A DNA stretch of 32,000 nt from Alkalilimnicola ehrlichii MLHE-1 (lineage in GTDB: Bacteria > Pseudomonadota > Gammaproteobacteria > Nitrococcales > Halorhodospiraceae). Positions 29,012-32,000 of the stretch are shown one piece after another. How positions within the stretch are numbered: position 1 is the stretch's first letter; the number at the start of each line of letters is the position of its first letter. Where the stretch lies: assembly GCF_000014785.1 (NCBI RefSeq), contig NC_008340.1, forward strand, positions 2,130,001 to 2,162,000. The letters run 5' to 3'. The position numbers and the translations under genes were made by a program. The notes beneath the pieces are model-generated. The model was not told the DNA's origin. It ran no database searches and saw only the letters and a program-made list of their open reading frames with translations.

Positions 29012-29092
29012 CCACCGTCACTGCGAGGAGGCGAAGCCGACGCGGCAGTCTACCGCCCTGGATCGCCACGGGCCTTCGGCCCTCGCGATGAC
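29012..29092 (+). repeat. Dispersed imperfect-palindromic repeat (copy C)
   Basis: 81 bp, differing from copy B at two positions by direct alignment. Confidence 0.92.
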
Positions 29093-29143
29093 CGGGGGTG
29101 CCCCGTTCCTCGTTGATTCGGGCCCACGCAGCGGGGAGGGGGG

Positions 29144-29186
29144 CTCGCGATGACGGGGAGGGGGTCGGCGCCCCTCGTGATGACGG
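29144..29186 (+). repeat. Two further 3'-end fragments of the repeat
   Basis: CTCGCGATGACGG at 29144-29156 and CTCGTGATGACGG at 29174-29186. Confidence 0.8.
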
Positions 29187-29251
29187 GTTATTCGGCGCGT
29201 ACTTCCGCGAACGGGGCCCGGCCGATTCACAAGCGTGTGGCATTCCTGATA

Positions 29252-29267
29252 AATTGGTCAGACAATT
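29252..29267. promoter_or_regulatory. Candidate GntR/FadR-type operator upstream of glcD
   Basis: AATTGGTCAGACAATT, containing TGGT-N3-ACAA (one mismatch to a TGGT-N3-ACCA type site), 33 nt before the glcD ATG. Confidence 0.45.
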
Positions 29268-29299
29268 AGACAACTGCCCACCGTTGAGAGACTCCGACC

Positions 29300-30802
29300 A
29301 TGAGCGCGCACTCCGTATACCGCGAGGAGGACTGCCGCTTCGAGTACGATCGCGAGGACCTGATCGCCCGCCTGGGCGGGGTTCTGGACGACCCCGAAGC
29401 GCTGATCACCAACGAAGAGGCCCTACGGGCCTACGAGACCGACGGTCTGGCCGCTTACCGCCAGCTGCCGGTAGCAGCGGTCCTGCCGGACACGGTGGAG
29501 CAGGTGCAGGCCATCCTGCGCATCTGCCATGAGCTGGAGGTGCCGGTGGTGGCCCGTGGTGCGGGCACCAGCCTCTCCGCCGGCGCCCTGCCCCACCCCC
29601 AGGGTATTCTCCTCAGCCTGTCCCGCTTCAACCGCATTCTGGAGGTGGACGCCGAACGGCGCATTGCGCGGGTCCAGCCCGGGGTGCGCAACCTGGCGGT
29701 GTCCGAGGCCGCGGCCCCCTACGGGCTTTACTACGCCCCGGACCCCTCCTCGCAAATTGCCTGCAGCATCGGCGGCAACGTGGCGGAGAACGCCGGCGGG
29801 GTGCACTGCCTGAAGTATGGCCTGACCATCCACAACGTCCTCGAGGCCACCCTGATCACCATCGACGGCGATGTCATCAAGGTGGGCAGCGAGGCGCCGG
29901 ACGCCCCCGGATACGACCTGCTGGCGGCGGTGATCGGCTCCGAGGGCATGCTCGGCGTGGTGGTGGAGGTGGCGGTCAAGCTGCTGCCCGAGCCGTTGAC
30001 CAAGAAGGTGATGCTGGCCGCCTTCCCCACCGTCGAGGCCGGCGGCGAGGCGGTGGCCGGGATCATCGGCGACGGCATCATCCCCGGTGGCCTGGAGATG
30101 ATGGACAACGCCGCCATCCGCGCCGCCGAGGACTTCGTCCACGCCGGCTACCCGGTGGATGCCGCCACCATCCTGATCTGCGAGCTGGACGGCAGTGAGG
30201 CGGAGGTGGCCGCCCAGTGCGACCGGGTGCGCAAGCTGATGGAGCGCTACGGGGCCACCGAAATCCGCATCGCCGAGACCCCCGAACAGGCGCAGCGCTT
30301 CTGGGCCGGGCGCAAGGCGGCCTTTCCCGCGGTGGGCCGTATCTCCCCCGACTACTACTGCATGGACGGCACCATCCCACGCAAGCACCTGGGCACGGTG
30401 CTCAAGCGCATGCAGGCCCTCTCCGAGCAGTACGGCCTGCGGGTGGTGAACGTCTTTCACGCCGGTGACGGCAACCTGCACCCGCTGGTGCTCTACGACG
30501 GCAACGTCCCGGGCGAGCTGGAACGCACCGAGGAGCTGGGCGGGCGCATCCTGGAGTTGTGTGTGGAGGTCGGCGGCACGGTCACCGGCGAGCACGGCGT
30601 GGGCATGGAGAAGCTCGACCAGATGTGCGTGCAGTTCAACAAGGCGGAGCGCGAGCAGTTCTTCGCCCTCAAGCGCGCCTTCGATCCCAAGGGGCTGCTC
30701 AACCCCGGCAAGGCCATCCCCACCCTGCACCGCTGCGCCGAGTTCGGCGCCATGCACGTGCACCACGGCGAACTGCCCTTCCCGGACATCGAGCGCTTCT
30801 GA
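29300..30802 (+). CDS. glcD: Glycolate oxidase subunit GlcD (FAD-linked)
   Basis: 'YRQLPVAAVLPDTVEQVQAILRICHELEVPVVARGAGTSLSAGALP', 'QIACSIGGNVAENAGGVHCLKYGLT', 'VTGEHGVGMEKLDQMCVQFN'. Confidence 0.95.
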   Translation: MSAHSVYREEDCRFEYDREDLIARLGGVLDDPEALITNEEALRAYETDGLAAYRQLPVAAVLPDTVEQVQAILRICHELEVPVVARGAGTSLSAGALPHPQGILLSLSRFNRILEVDAERRIARVQPGVRNLAVSEAAAPYGLYYAPDPSSQIACSIGGNVAENAGGVHCLKYGLTIHNVLEATLITIDGDVIKVGSEAPDAPGYDLLAAVIGSEGMLGVVVEVAVKLLPEPLTKKVMLAAFPTVEAGGEAVAGIIGDGIIPGGLEMMDNAAIRAAEDFVHAGYPVDAATILICELDGSEAEVAAQCDRVRKLMERYGATEIRIAETPEQAQRFWAGRKAAFPAVGRISPDYYCMDGTIPRKHLGTVLKRMQALSEQYGLRVVNVFHAGDGNLHPLVLYDGNVPGELERTEELGGRILELCVEVGGTVTGEHGVGMEKLDQMCVQFNKAEREQFFALKRAFDPKGLLNPGKAIPTLHRCAEFGAMHVHHGELPFPDIERF

Positions 30803-30814
30803 CAGGACGGACCC

Positions 30815-31879
30815 ATGACCCACGAGAACGATCACAGCCAGGCCATTCGCGAGCGGGTGGCGGCCGCGGCCGGCAGCGGAACCGCGCTGGCCATCGAGGG
30901 CAGCGGCAGCAAGGGCTTCCTGGGCCGTGAGCCCCAGGGCGAGCCGCTGTCGCTGGCGGAACACACCGGCATCGTCAACTACGAACCCACCGAGCTGGTG
31001 CTCACCGCCCGCACCGGCACCCGGCTGGAAGAACTGGAACACATCCTCGCCGACGCCGGCCAGATGCTGCCCTTCGAACCGCCGCAGTTCGACGGCGGTG
31101 GCACGCTGGGTGGCGCCATAGCCAGCGGCCTGTCCGGCCCGGCCCGGCCCTTCGCCGGCTCGGCGCGTGACCTGGTCCTGGGCTGCCGGCTGGTCAACGG
31201 CCGCGGTGAGGACATGCACTTCGGTGGCGAGGTCATGAAGAACGTCGCCGGCTACGACATCTCCCGCCTGCAGACCGGGGCCATGGGCACCCTGGGCGTC
31301 CTGCTGGAGGTCTCGCTCAAGGTCCTGCCGCGGCCCGAGAAGGTGCTCGGGCTGACCCTGGAGTTGCCCCGCAACGAGGGCTTCCGGAACGTCATGGATT
31401 GGCAGGCCCGCGGTGCGCCGGTCACCGGCAGCGCCCACGACGGCCACCGGCTACACCTGCGCCTGTCCGGGTCCGCCCTGGGGGTGAACGCCTCACGCAA
31501 GATGATCGGCGGCGAGGAGGAGGACCTGGCCTTCTGGCAGGATCTGCGCGACCACCGGCTGCCCTGGTTTGCCCGCCAGACCCTGCTCTGGCGGGTGGCC
31601 CTGCCACCGGGGCGCACCCTGCCCGAGGGCTTCCTGGGCAACGCCCTGCTGGACTGGAACGGCCAGCAGGTATGGATTGGCGGTGAACAGGACTTCGGGG
31701 CCCTGCAGCAGGCGGCGCGGACGGCAGGCGGCCATGCCCGCCTGTTCCGCGGCGGCGATCGCCGGGGCGAGGTGCTGCCCGACGGCGGCCCCGTCTTCCG
31801 GCGTCTGCACCGCAACATCAAGCAGGCCTTCGACCCCGAGGGCATCCTCAACCCGGGCCGACTCTACGCTGACCTCTGA
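30815..31879 (+). CDS. glcE: Glycolate oxidase subunit GlcE (FAD-binding)
   Basis: 'GTALAIEGSGSKGFLG', 'GGGTLGGAIASGLSGPARPFAGSARDLVLGCRLVNGRGEDMHFGGEVMKNVAGYDISRL'. Confidence 0.95.
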   Translation: MTHENDHSQAIRERVAAAAGSGTALAIEGSGSKGFLGREPQGEPLSLAEHTGIVNYEPTELVLTARTGTRLEELEHILADAGQMLPFEPPQFDGGGTLGGAIASGLSGPARPFAGSARDLVLGCRLVNGRGEDMHFGGEVMKNVAGYDISRLQTGAMGTLGVLLEVSLKVLPRPEKVLGLTLELPRNEGFRNVMDWQARGAPVTGSAHDGHRLHLRLSGSALGVNASRKMIGGEEEDLAFWQDLRDHRLPWFARQTLLWRVALPPGRTLPEGFLGNALLDWNGQQVWIGGEQDFGALQQAARTAGGHARLFRGGDRRGEVLPDGGPVFRRLHRNIKQAFDPEGILNPGRLYADL

Positions 31880-31886
31880 GGCCGCC

Positions 31887-32000
31887 ATGCAGACCCATAT
31901 CGCCGATTCCATCAAAGACACCGACGCCGGCCGTGAGGCCGAGCGCATCCTGCGCACCTGTACCCACTGTGGCTTCTGCCTGGCCACCTGCCCCACCTAT
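31887..32000 (+). CDS. glcF: Glycolate oxidase iron-sulfur subunit GlcF, N-terminus (truncated by window end)
   Basis: ATG at 31887 gives MQTHIADSIKDTDAGREAERILRTCTHCGFCLATCPTY, with a 4Fe-4S CxxCxxCxxxCP motif. Confidence 0.93.
   Translation, partial: MQTHIADSIKDTDAGREAERILRTCTHCGFCLATCPTY

Noticed and set aside
28810-29186. Possible CRISPR array from regularly recurring CTCGCGATGAC units
   Set aside because: Copies are directly adjacent (30-31 nt period) or irregularly spaced, with no unique spacer sequences and no cas genes; this is a tandem or dispersed palindromic repeat.
28441-29532. Several overlapping ORFs (28441..28791 -, 28886..29116 -, 28917..29153 +, 28965..29273 -, 29018..29230 -, 29098..29532 +) over the intergenic repeats
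   Set aside because: They translate repeat sequence (RHCEERSDEAIH, RHCEEAKPTRQSTALDRHG) in several frames and lack independent RBS or homology signals; judged spurious.

Overview
The window reads as ordinary chromosomal sequence from a high-GC gammaproteobacterium, possibly Ectothiorhodospiraceae-like (inference). I found no phage, IS transposase, CRISPR array, rRNA, tRNA or defence locus.

In order it carries: the dapE 3' end; a DedA-family gene; ppk1, convergent with a tight HDOD-GGDEF / sixA / ppx operon; a full cbb3 oxidase structural and assembly cluster on the minus strand (ccoNOQP - small membrane ORF - ccoGHIS); moxR / DUF58 / tgpA-like transglutaminase genes; a GDPD gene; an iscR-like gene with no isc genes beside it; a DUF1249 gene; divergent ppsR and ppsA; a porin next to a PepSY-flavodoxin-reductase fusion gene; a small unknown ORF; and glcD, glcE and the start of glcF.

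The most notable non-coding signals are: (1) a class II-like FNR/ANR site with correctly placed -10 upstream of ccoN; (2) a dense nest of imperfect-palindromic repeats at about 28686-29186, with one near-identical 81-bp pair, an inverted diverged copy, a 30-bp 3'-end module repeated three times, and end fragments; (3) a strong sigma70-like promoter upstream of iscR; (4) a GntR/FadR-type candidate operator before glcD. I see no convincing new biological system. The best candidates for undescribed function are the HDOD-GGDEF/SixA/Ppx linkage, the 105-aa membrane ORF in the cco operon, and the PepSY-flavodoxin-reductase protein beside a porin.
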